Assembly (NCBI GenBank): GCA_001817065.1
Contig: MHHQ01000025.1
Coordinates: forward strand, 119,777-183,776
Length of the DNA: 64,000 nucleotides
Source of the DNA: Candidatus Andersenbacteria bacterium RIFCSPHIGHO2_02_FULL_46_16
GTDB lineage: Bacteria; Patescibacteriota; Andersenbacteria; UBA10190
Direction: 5' to 3'
The position numbers were made by a program, and so were the translations under genes. Under the pieces are notes generated by a model. The model did no database searches. It saw nothing but the letters and a program-made list of their open reading frames with translations, and was not told the DNA's origin. Every line of letters starts with the position of its first letter. Within the stretch, counting starts at the first letter, position 1. This document shows, one piece after another, positions 26,648-35,173 of the stretch.

Positions 26648-28507
26648 TTACCTCACTAATTGTTTTTGCCACATCTTCAGGGCAATCAGCGTCCATAGTT
26701 TCTTGCGATTATCTGCCCGGCCACTTCGATGCTCCGCTAATAACTTCATAACTGCCTCTGTTTTAATAATTTCTTGTTCGCCTGGCTCACTTTTGATTAA
26801 TAGATCGCTAGCCCATCCGTATAATTCCCCTCTTAACCAATGTCCCAGCGGCATAGCAAACCCTTGCTTGCGCCGGTCAATTATACTATCTGGTATCCTG
26901 CCCCGCATTACTCGTTTCAACAGCCGCTTACCCTGCTTATGTTCCATCGGCAAACGCATGATAAATTCTGCCAAATCGACATCCAGAAAAGGTGTCCTAG
27001 CCTCCAAACCAAACGTCATCGCTGCCCGATCCAGTTTAACTAGAATATCATTTTGCATGTAGTCTGCGATTATTTGTCCAGACATACCATCAAACCAGTT
27101 TAGGTCGCTAAATATATGAGCACGTTCACTAACCTGACTCCACGCTTCTTCACTCAATACCACATACTCATCAGTCAGTAAACTCCGAAGTTCGCTGCTA
27201 TTAAATGATCCTAACCAGGCTTGTTGCCGCGCTGCCCTCTCTAAACCAATCCCACGTAAGAATGATTTTATTTTGAAATCAATCGTAAAATATTCATAGC
27301 TAGTAGGTAATTGCCGGCTCAGTATTGAAGCAAAGTTTCCCAGGACTTTTGGCAACTTTGGCAGTCTCTCCGCCCACACCGCCGCTTCAAACACGCCATA
27401 ACCGCCTAGCAGTTCATCGCTCCCATCTCCGTCTAAAACAACTTTTACTTGTTGGCTGGCCAATTCGCTCACCGCCCAGGTCGGCAGCAACGATGAATCG
27501 CCCAGCGGAATATCCATATCGCTTAAGTGCGCAAGGTAGCGCTTGAATTCCTTAATTCCAAATTCCCGATGGTTATGTTTAGTACCTAAAACACTGGCCG
27601 CCTGCTGAGCATAGCCAGCCTCGTTAAACGTATTCTCTATAAAACCAATGGAAAAAGAATGCAGTTCTGTCCCCTGAATCATTCTCATATACCAACCTAC
27701 CGCCGTCGAATCAATGCCTCCGCTCAGCAGTAATCCTACCGGCACATCCGCCACCAATCGCCGTTTCACCGCCTGCATCATCAAGTGGTCAAACTCCTCT
27801 GCCGCCTCATCCTCAGTCATTGACTTTTTCGGTAGAAAACTTAACCTCCACCATTGCTTGATTCGCATCCCCTGAGCATTAACTTCACCCCAACAGCCCA
27901 TCGGTAATTGTTTTATATCTTGCCAACCCGTCGCCGGCTCCGGCACATACTCATATATCAAATAACGTACTAGTGCTCTCTTATCCGCCGCCCTCTTAAC
28001 CAACGGATGTTCTATTAACGCTTTAATCTCCGAAGCGAACAAAAACACTCGTTTATTTTGCCAATAATAAAGTGGTTTTTTGCCAAAGGGGTCTCGCGCC
28101 AGCAATAACTGTTGCATGGTATTATCCCATAAAGCCAAGGCAAACATGCCTTTCACTTCCTGCAAAATTTCTGTGCCTCGCCTTGTCAATAAACTCAGCA
28201 ACACTTCTGTATCCGACGCAGATCTAAAAACCTGCCCACGGCAATATTTTTCGCGTAATTCGCGATAATTATATATTTCCCCGTTAAATACTATTTGATA
28301 TCGTCCGTCCTCTGACACCATGGGTTGCGCTCCTGCGGCCGTTAAGTCAATGATTGCCAGCCGCTGATGTCCCAGGCCAGCCGCTCCTTTCACCCATATT
28401 TTGTTGTCGTCGGGACCACGGTGCCTAATTTTACTGCTCATTTGCCTCAAGACATCAGCGTCCACCGGCTGTCCGTACCAATTAATAATTCCGACAATTC
28501 CGCACAT
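26648..28507 (-). CDS. asnB: Asparagine synthase (glutamine-hydrolysing) family amidotransferase, probably glycan amidation
   Basis: MCGI N-terminal Cys, HRGPD, RLAIIDL, FNGEIYN, RDPFGKKPLY, LSGGIDS, GDGSDELLGGY, E-R-PFLD, KQGF. Confidence 0.92.
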   Translation of the reverse strand: MCGIVGIINWYGQPVDADVLRQMSSKIRHRGPDDNKIWVKGAAGLGHQRLAIIDLTAAGAQPMVSEDGRYQIVFNGEIYNYRELREKYCRGQVFRSASDTEVLLSLLTRRGTEILQEVKGMFALALWDNTMQQLLLARDPFGKKPLYYWQNKRVFLFASEIKALIEHPLVKRAADKRALVRYLIYEYVPEPATGWQDIKQLPMGCWGEVNAQGMRIKQWWRLSFLPKKSMTEDEAAEEFDHLMMQAVKRRLVADVPVGLLLSGGIDSTAVGWYMRMIQGTELHSFSIGFIENTFNEAGYAQQAASVLGTKHNHREFGIKEFKRYLAHLSDMDIPLGDSSLLPTWAVSELASQQVKVVLDGDGSDELLGGYGVFEAAVWAERLPKLPKVLGNFASILSRQLPTSYEYFTIDFKIKSFLRGIGLERAARQQAWLGSFNSSELRSLLTDEYVVLSEEAWSQVSERAHIFSDLNWFDGMSGQIIADYMQNDILVKLDRAAMTFGLEARTPFLDVDLAEFIMRLPMEHKQGKRLLKRVMRGRIPDSIIDRRKQGFAMPLGHWLRGELYGWASDLLIKSEPGEQEIIKTEAVMKLLAEHRSGRADNRKKLWTLIALKMWQKQLVR

Positions 28508-28522
28508 GTCAGTGTCTAAAGC

Positions 28523-29266
28523 CTAGATCGACAGTTTATTCAACAATCTGTTCGGTATACAAACAATCACCAGCATAATCCACCGCCAAAACCACGGCGT
28601 ATAGATCACTGTTTTTCTTTTATCAACCGCCCGAATGATGTCTCCTGCTACTTTTTCCGGTGTTGCCCACATCATGCCCTTCTGCTCAATCGCCGCTGTC
28701 ATTGGTGTTATTACATAGCCCGGTTTGACCGTTACTACTACTACGCCCTGGCCTGCCAAACGATGTCGCATACCTGCTGCCCATATGGCTAGTGCTCCCT
28801 TAGCTGCACCATAAGCATAGATAGTTTTACGCCCCCGGTCTCCTGCCACTGAGCTTATCGCGACAATCACGCCCTGCTTCCTTTCCGCCATGCCTTTGGC
28901 TACCAATTCCATAATCACAGCTGCTCCGGTAAAATTTGTCGTAATTATTTTTTCCGCCTCATCAGTACTGCTCTCCGCTAATTTTTGTTCCCCTAAATAA
29001 CCCTGTGCTACCAATAAAATATCTACGTGTCCCATTTTGTTCTGCACTTTCTCCTGCATGATCCCAATAGCCTCTATGTCAGTTAGATCAATCCCTAAAC
29101 TCCATACCGCTTTTGCTCCTTTAACCCTTAAGTCATTAGCTACCGCCTGTGCTTTTTTCTCTTCTTTATCAACAACAAAAATACTATAGCCGCGATTAGC
29201 CCAAATAATCGCTGCTTGTTGCGCGATCGCCGATCCGCCTCCGGTAATTAATACATTCTTACGCAT
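28523..29266 (-). CDS. DprE2-like short-chain reductase
   Basis: GGGSAIA, SSVAGDRGR, YGAAK, VKPG-V-TPMT; adjacent to DprE1-like gene. Confidence 0.8.
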   Translation of the reverse strand: MRKNVLITGGGSAIAQQAAIIWANRGYSIFVVDKEEKKAQAVANDLRVKGAKAVWSLGIDLTDIEAIGIMQEKVQNKMGHVDILLVAQGYLGEQKLAESSTDEAEKIITTNFTGAAVIMELVAKGMAERKQGVIVAISSVAGDRGRKTIYAYGAAKGALAIWAAGMRHRLAGQGVVVVTVKPGYVITPMTAAIEQKGMMWATPEKVAGDIIRAVDKRKTVIYTPWFWRWIMLVIVCIPNRLLNKLSI

Positions 29267-29292
29267 ATGCCACTCTGACTTATTTTATATTT

Positions 29293-30618
29293 TTACTTTA
29301 ATACACCCGTCACCCGTCGCCAAAAACTTGAGCTAATTTTTGGATCAATATATTCCTCAAATAACTCCCAGTTAGAAAAAGAAGATTTAAACGCCTGTGC
29401 CGACATCCGTCCGTCTTTAGACGGATTGACCGCTCCTCCGCTTTTCCATACTACTTCATCCAGTGTATCCAGCAGCTGCAAAGTCTCTGCGCTGGCATTA
29501 ATAAAATCAATGGCCAATACTAAGCCCGGTCGGGGAAAAGACATCAGTCCTGGCGATTTAATATCGCCAAAATATTTCAGTGTTGATAAAAACGATGCTC
29601 TGCCGGATTGCGCCACTTTAGTTAGAATTTCTTTAATGGCTGCTTCGCACCGATCTCGTGCTATCACTACCTGATATTGTAAAAATCCTGATCGGCCATA
29701 AACCAGATTCCAATTATTCACCACATCTAGCGGATAAAAGAATTTGTTGAAATGTACACAACGGCTAACTTTATCGCCCATACTTTTCCGATAGAACACT
29801 TCATTAAAAGCGCGCACGCTCCATTTGTTCATCAGGCCTGGTGGACCAGCTAACGGCCACTGGGCTTTAGCCCGGTACCAGCTATGCCACTCCGATAAAT
29901 CCACCGGCTTTACCGAGTGGTTTCCTCGCAGAAACAATCCACGTCCCAATTTTTTCCCCTGCGCTTGGCAATCCAGCCAGGCCACCGTGTAGTCGAAGTT
30001 CTTATCTGACTCCTCTGCCAAAATGAAAAAATCATCTATGCTATTCATCTTAATAACCTCCTCATCAATCAGGGGACTGACTACCTTTACCAACTTAATA
30101 TCTGCCCATAATATCACCCCCGTTAATCCCAGTCCGCCAATCGTCGCCTGGTATAACTCTGTGTTTTCTTCCTGTGAACAAATTAATTCTTCGCCCGTTG
30201 AGCGTAATAATCCCAATCGCGGAACGTGACATCCGAATGTTCCAGCCCAATGATGGTTCTTCCCGTGCACATCATTAGCAATAGCACCGCCCACCGTTAC
30301 ATGCTTAGTTCCCGGTGTGACTGGTAAAAACCATCCGTCGGGCAATGCTAGCTTCAATATGTCCGCCAGCGTAACACCAGCTTCACAAGTTACTGTCCCT
30401 GCCAACACATTCCAGTCCACGAAACGATTGAGCATTTGTACATCCAACAAAGTTCCCTGGTCATTAAGACATACATCTCCCTGGCTGCGCCCAGCCCCGC
30501 GCGGTAAAAAAACTCCTTCGTGCTGCAACAGATTCCTCGCCTCCTCCGGCCAATACACCTGCTTAACCTTTTGCTTAAAAGCTTTAGGATATCTTCCCCA
30601 GGACTGATATTCATTCAT
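29293..30618 (-). CDS. DprE1-like FAD-linked oxidase (polyprenyl-phosphoribose 2'-epimerase subunit)
   Basis: RG-GRS-GD, PVTPGT--VTVGGAIANDVHGKNHH, GG-GLTG, FFYPLD, YG--GFLQYQ, K-FG, LA-DF, KD-R. Confidence 0.88.
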   Translation of the reverse strand: MNEYQSWGRYPKAFKQKVKQVYWPEEARNLLQHEGVFLPRGAGRSQGDVCLNDQGTLLDVQMLNRFVDWNVLAGTVTCEAGVTLADILKLALPDGWFLPVTPGTKHVTVGGAIANDVHGKNHHWAGTFGCHVPRLGLLRSTGEELICSQEENTELYQATIGGLGLTGVILWADIKLVKVVSPLIDEEVIKMNSIDDFFILAEESDKNFDYTVAWLDCQAQGKKLGRGLFLRGNHSVKPVDLSEWHSWYRAKAQWPLAGPPGLMNKWSVRAFNEVFYRKSMGDKVSRCVHFNKFFYPLDVVNNWNLVYGRSGFLQYQVVIARDRCEAAIKEILTKVAQSGRASFLSTLKYFGDIKSPGLMSFPRPGLVLAIDFINASAETLQLLDTLDEVVWKSGGAVNPSKDGRMSAQAFKSSFSNWELFEEYIDPKISSSFWRRVTGVLK

Positions 30619-30619
30619 A

Positions 30620-32065
30620 CTATATTGCTAATAAAGCCAGCACTATCGTTAACCCAATTATCCAGTAATAAATAGGGTCTCTTATAATATACATGACTGG
30701 ATCATCACCTATCTTGCCACGATAGGCATTCAACCAGCCCCGGCTTACTCCATATAGCAATAGCAAAGCTACTAACCACCAGTATTCCGAATGCCTATAG
30801 AGTCTGGCGACCTGTGTACTATTTATGTATAAAGCCATCACCAATACCGCCAAAAATCCGCTCATTATGCCCATCTGTCCCACCAATGCCATATCAGCTC
30901 TCGCGTATCCTCGGCCCGACAAATTACCTTTTACCGCTAGTTCCTTCACTCGACTAAGCTCAACATATCGCTTCATCAAAGCTCCACTTAAAGCTAAAAA
31001 TAATATTAAGGCCATTAACCAATCGGATACAGCAATATTGGCCGCCGCGCCTCCCGCCATAATACGCAAACCGTATAAAACGGCCAATATAATTACATCC
31101 AACAAGACAATCTGCTTTGCCCCTAGTGAGTATATTAAATTAAGCAAGAAATAAGTTATCACCATTTTTACAAATAGTCCATCTAGACCCGCCGCAATGA
31201 TTGCTCCAGTTCCTAACAACACTATTACCATTGCTGTGCCTTGCCAAAGCGACAGCTCGCCTGAGGCTAATGGCCGATATCTTTTAGTCGGATGACGCCT
31301 ATCCGCCTCCAGATCCAACATGTCATTGATTAGATAGATGGCTGATGCAATCAAGCAGAACACCACAAACGCCCTGCCCGCTTTCACACCGACTATCCAA
31401 TTCAGCTGATGATCCGCTAGCATAGGAATCAACAGTAATAAATTTTTTACCCACTGGTGGGGACGTATAGCCGCCCACATCGCTTTCAGCGCCGACCTCT
31501 TACTTCGCCACACCTTTCCCACTAACGTTGTCTTCGCGACTATCCGCCTTAGCCGATCGCTGTTCGTTACCGCATGTGCGGTGCCGGCTTTTTCCCACAC
31601 CGCCAGGTCCTTTCGGCTGTTGCCAATATAATCGAAACCTCTTAGCCCGAATTTATTTACCAGCGCTGTTGCTTTATTCCTGCCGGACAGATTGACCCCT
31701 TCTTCCGTCCCCATCACTCCTTCAAATATTTGTAAATGTTCGGCCACTTGCCTAGCTATGCGACTATCGCTAGCTGTCACCAACCATAGCTTTCTGCCAG
31801 CGATTCTTTGCGTCGTCAAGTAATCCAGTACAGCCAAGTGATATGGCAACGTCGCGACATTAATCTGCGCTTGTCCGACCAGCCGTCCTTTAAAATAAGC
31901 TAAGCCTTTTCTCAGCCACCAAGCGCTCTTGAATACCCCACTCGCATCGCGCTTGGCCAGTCTCAGCCACAGCTCGAATAAGGTATCTGTTTTTACTAGC
32001 GTGCCGTCCAGGTCGACGGCAATCGGTCGGCCTTTATTTTCCACCTTCTGCGCATCAAAAACCAT
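30620..32065 (-). CDS. HAD-UbiA fusion: polyprenyl-phosphate phosphoribosyltransferase
   Basis: VDLDGTL HAD motif; RPHQWVKN, Y--ND--D---DR-HP-K--RP-ASG, KR--E, DDPV UbiA motifs. Confidence 0.88.
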   Translation of the reverse strand: MVFDAQKVENKGRPIAVDLDGTLVKTDTLFELWLRLAKRDASGVFKSAWWLRKGLAYFKGRLVGQAQINVATLPYHLAVLDYLTTQRIAGRKLWLVTASDSRIARQVAEHLQIFEGVMGTEEGVNLSGRNKATALVNKFGLRGFDYIGNSRKDLAVWEKAGTAHAVTNSDRLRRIVAKTTLVGKVWRSKRSALKAMWAAIRPHQWVKNLLLLIPMLADHQLNWIVGVKAGRAFVVFCLIASAIYLINDMLDLEADRRHPTKRYRPLASGELSLWQGTAMVIVLLGTGAIIAAGLDGLFVKMVITYFLLNLIYSLGAKQIVLLDVIILAVLYGLRIMAGGAAANIAVSDWLMALILFLALSGALMKRYVELSRVKELAVKGNLSGRGYARADMALVGQMGIMSGFLAVLVMALYINSTQVARLYRHSEYWWLVALLLLYGVSRGWLNAYRGKIGDDPVMYIIRDPIYYWIIGLTIVLALLAI

Positions 32066-32985
32066 ATCAAAGCCACTAATACCAGACCAAACACGCCCAC
32101 TGCTGCCATTCGAATGATTGTTGTTGCTTTAAATTTATACTGTTTTTCTTCATCATTTGTAACTGGTGCCGGTGTGGGCTCAATTTTCACCAAGGCGTTT
32201 TCTGTTCTAGTAAACATGAGTGCTTGGCTAGCTGCTAATGTTCTACCATCAGTACTAACTGCTGCAGCATAAATTTTGTAATCACCTATGTCAAGCGTGT
32301 CACCGCTCACATAAGTAAAGCGCCCTGTTTTGTCTGTCCTGGTCACCCATAACTTTGGCTGATTGCCCATGACCAATAAAGCTATCAAACTATAATTAGG
32401 TCCGGTGCCAGTAATCGTTAACTGTTCATTTTCTCCGCTGTCCCCCAACCTCATACCCGTTATCTGATAACGATTATCATTTGCTTGGGTCGGTTCTGTG
32501 TACTCAATTTTGTCGTTCGGAGATGCCAGCAGCGGATTATAACCTCGCACCACCTCAATACCATCCGCATATGTATCACCATCGGTATCAGGATTACTGG
32601 CATTCGTAATCAACATAATCTCATCACTATCGCTCAAACCGTCCTGATCTCGATCTAGGCTCGCTTCTAGCAGTGGAAAAGGCAAGTCAGCGGTGTTAAC
32701 ACTGGGCAAGGCTGAGACTTGCGGCAACACCGACTCAACCACATTTCTACTCTCCATTAATTGCTGCACTAAGTTAGGATTCCCTGCTCGCTGCGCTTCC
32801 TCTAATGCTCTTTGATAACTCTCCATCAAATCAGCACTCGTCCCCGCTTCTTCGCCCGGTACCGCCACCGTTTGCTGATCAGCCCCAGGCTCAATTGCAT
32901 CATGTACATCAAAATCTTCATTCGCCCATACTGCAAGACCAGCTATTAACCCTCCGCTGATTAGCACTGTTATTAACTTTCTCAT
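31996..32985 (-). CDS. Surface protein with bacterial thrombospondin-3 Ca-binding repeats and C-terminal anchor
   Basis: Signal peptide, DRDQDGLSD / NPDTDGDTYADG-EV--GYNP, Ig-like segment, C-terminal TM plus basic tail. Confidence 0.7.
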   Translation of the reverse strand: MRKLITVLISGGLIAGLAVWANEDFDVHDAIEPGADQQTVAVPGEEAGTSADLMESYQRALEEAQRAGNPNLVQQLMESRNVVESVLPQVSALPSVNTADLPFPLLEASLDRDQDGLSDSDEIMLITNASNPDTDGDTYADGIEVVRGYNPLLASPNDKIEYTEPTQANDNRYQITGMRLGDSGENEQLTITGTGPNYSLIALLVMGNQPKLWVTRTDKTGRFTYVSGDTLDIGDYKIYAAAVSTDGRTLAASQALMFTRTENALVKIEPTPAPVTNDEEKQYKFKATTIIRMAAVGVFGLVLVALIWFLMRRRWKIKADRLPSTWTAR

Positions 32986-33025
32986 ACTTTCATTATGTCT
33001 CGGAAAAACAATCCCGCCAAATGAC

Positions 33026-35167
33026 TTACTGCGATTGTGTAAATCGATAAGCTATATCATAACCTTCGCGGCGAAATTGACTATTACTCGCCCTCTCTCC
33101 CAATGCCTCGTGGCGCCACGCCATCTGTCCCACCAATATGTCCACTGGCGAGAATAGCACGGTTATTGCATCACCCGGTTTTGCCATCGGACTGGTCAGA
33201 GAAATAAAGTATTCTTCCCCGTCGCTATTATTAAGTGACGCAAAATCAAACCGGTGCCACTCCATGTCCTCAATCTGATCAGCCGCCACTTTCATTGTTC
33301 TAATATCGGTATTGTCATTAATATCCTTCCGGATATGTAGCATAACGTCCTGTGTGTTATTCCGGCCGCTGAAATTTGCTAGGCCAATCTCAATACTTTG
33401 CCAATTGGCTGGTGCCGTGATTAACTGACCCACTTCCATATCACCATAAAGCTCTCCGGTATTATTAGTAAAATATTTAAGCCCGATCACGTTATAAATC
33501 CACACGTATTCTTTCCCGGTTATTCTTATCACATGTTCCGGCACTTTATCCGCCAACTCTTTCAATACATTAGAAGCTAGCTCATCCTCGCCTCTTCCAT
33601 ACATGTTGCGATATGTTACAACATAGCCCACCCGGTCATCATGCCGGGAGCTTAAACTCATCGTTTTTCCTTGGAAATAAGTCCTCATAACTCCCGGATA
33701 CCAAGAAGCAACCGTCAGCCGATTCCCCAACGTCCGTTCGTTTAACCATAACGCTGCCGCATCCAAACCCTCTCCCCATCCTTGCGAACTTAACGCTCTA
33801 ATATCAAACATTGGACTATTGTAAGCAATACTATAGGGTATCCAACCGACCACCTGAATCAGCAACGCTACTACCACCAAACCCATCACCGTTCTTCGCC
33901 ACATAATTTTCTGCCAAGTTGCAATCGTTTTCTTTATAGCCTGATCAGCTACACTAAGCCCCAGGGCAGCCAATACTGGCAACACCACCAATGCCGGCAA
34001 TGCATATCTATCCGCTTTTTTGGCCATCAAGGAAATTACCACAAGGTAACCGATAATATATGCTATCAGCCATCCCAGCACTCGGATAAACACAACACTA
34101 TCAGACCCTTTTACTCCATCATGCCTGCCCAGCCGTCCGACCACATGACGCCAAATTAACTCCTGTCCATAAAACCTGATCCAACCTACTATCATTCCCA
34201 AGCCAATCAACAAAACAAATGGCGATGTTCGCCCTAATACCACGCGGACATAGAAACCCAGTGCCTCAATCGGCTCCTCCGACTGCTCTAGCGTCACGTG
34301 CTCCTGTGTTGCCACCGACACAACATCCCGTGCATAATAATCAGCCAAATTTGTCTTTACCCACAGTGCCGGCCAGACCAAGTAAAAAGTTAGTACGGCG
34401 ATCCCTACGTAGAATAAAAATTGGCGACTGACCGTTTTAATTTGCTCACCTAGTATACGCCAATCAATGTGCCTTATAGCAGGAACAAACCAACCATACT
34501 GTCCTTTTATAATCCCGGCACTGACAAGTAATAACCAAAGACCTGGTAATAATTTAGTCCCCCATGCAAACCCGGTCATTATTCCAGCTATCACTAACCA
34601 GCGCCATTTCAAATTTTCTGTAAAAATCAGTAATCCCAGCATGGCGGATAACATAAATAACGCCAGCAGCATATCGACATGAACTATTTGACTCATACCG
34701 ACTAGATACGGCTCCACGGCCAATAACACGCCCGCCCACGTTCCTACGAAACTGCCCATCAATCTCGTCACTAAATAAGTTATCAGACCAATCAATAAAG
34801 ATACGCCTAAGACCATCGGCCAAGTACTAGCCATGCGAAATGCAGCCAAATTAGACGTATCTACTCCCGTCCCCATTCTCTTTTCTTGCGCGTAAATACC
34901 AGCCCCAGCCAGCCACTGTGTTGTTGCCCCCGGATGAGTCGTGGTAAATGTTCCGCCCGGATCATTTTTTTCCAATAACTTATGATAAAATTCACCGCTC
35001 CTCGTCATCCATAGCTCCTCGTCTACCGTCATAAATGATCCCACGCCATAAAGGCGCAATACCACTGTTAAAAATACTACTCCCCAAACTATCCTGACCG
35101 GCTTTTTTGCGGCCAACTTCTGCTCATTCCCCCGATTACCACTGCTTATCGCACGAATTGTGTTCAT
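33026..35167 (-). CDS. ArnT/PMT-family (GT-C) glycosyltransferase with C-terminal beta domain
   Basis: TVDEELW, HPGATTQWLAG, HVD, AKKADRY, GWGEGL, ASWYP motifs. Confidence 0.85.
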   Translation of the reverse strand: MNTIRAISSGNRGNEQKLAAKKPVRIVWGVVFLTVVLRLYGVGSFMTVDEELWMTRSGEFYHKLLEKNDPGGTFTTTHPGATTQWLAGAGIYAQEKRMGTGVDTSNLAAFRMASTWPMVLGVSLLIGLITYLVTRLMGSFVGTWAGVLLAVEPYLVGMSQIVHVDMLLALFMLSAMLGLLIFTENLKWRWLVIAGIMTGFAWGTKLLPGLWLLLVSAGIIKGQYGWFVPAIRHIDWRILGEQIKTVSRQFLFYVGIAVLTFYLVWPALWVKTNLADYYARDVVSVATQEHVTLEQSEEPIEALGFYVRVVLGRTSPFVLLIGLGMIVGWIRFYGQELIWRHVVGRLGRHDGVKGSDSVVFIRVLGWLIAYIIGYLVVISLMAKKADRYALPALVVLPVLAALGLSVADQAIKKTIATWQKIMWRRTVMGLVVVALLIQVVGWIPYSIAYNSPMFDIRALSSQGWGEGLDAAALWLNERTLGNRLTVASWYPGVMRTYFQGKTMSLSSRHDDRVGYVVTYRNMYGRGEDELASNVLKELADKVPEHVIRITGKEYVWIYNVIGLKYFTNNTGELYGDMEVGQLITAPANWQSIEIGLANFSGRNNTQDVMLHIRKDINDNTDIRTMKVAADQIEDMEWHRFDFASLNNSDGEEYFISLTSPMAKPGDAITVLFSPVDILVGQMAWRHEALGERASNSQFRREGYDIAYRFTQSQ

Positions 35168-35173
35168 CCCTCG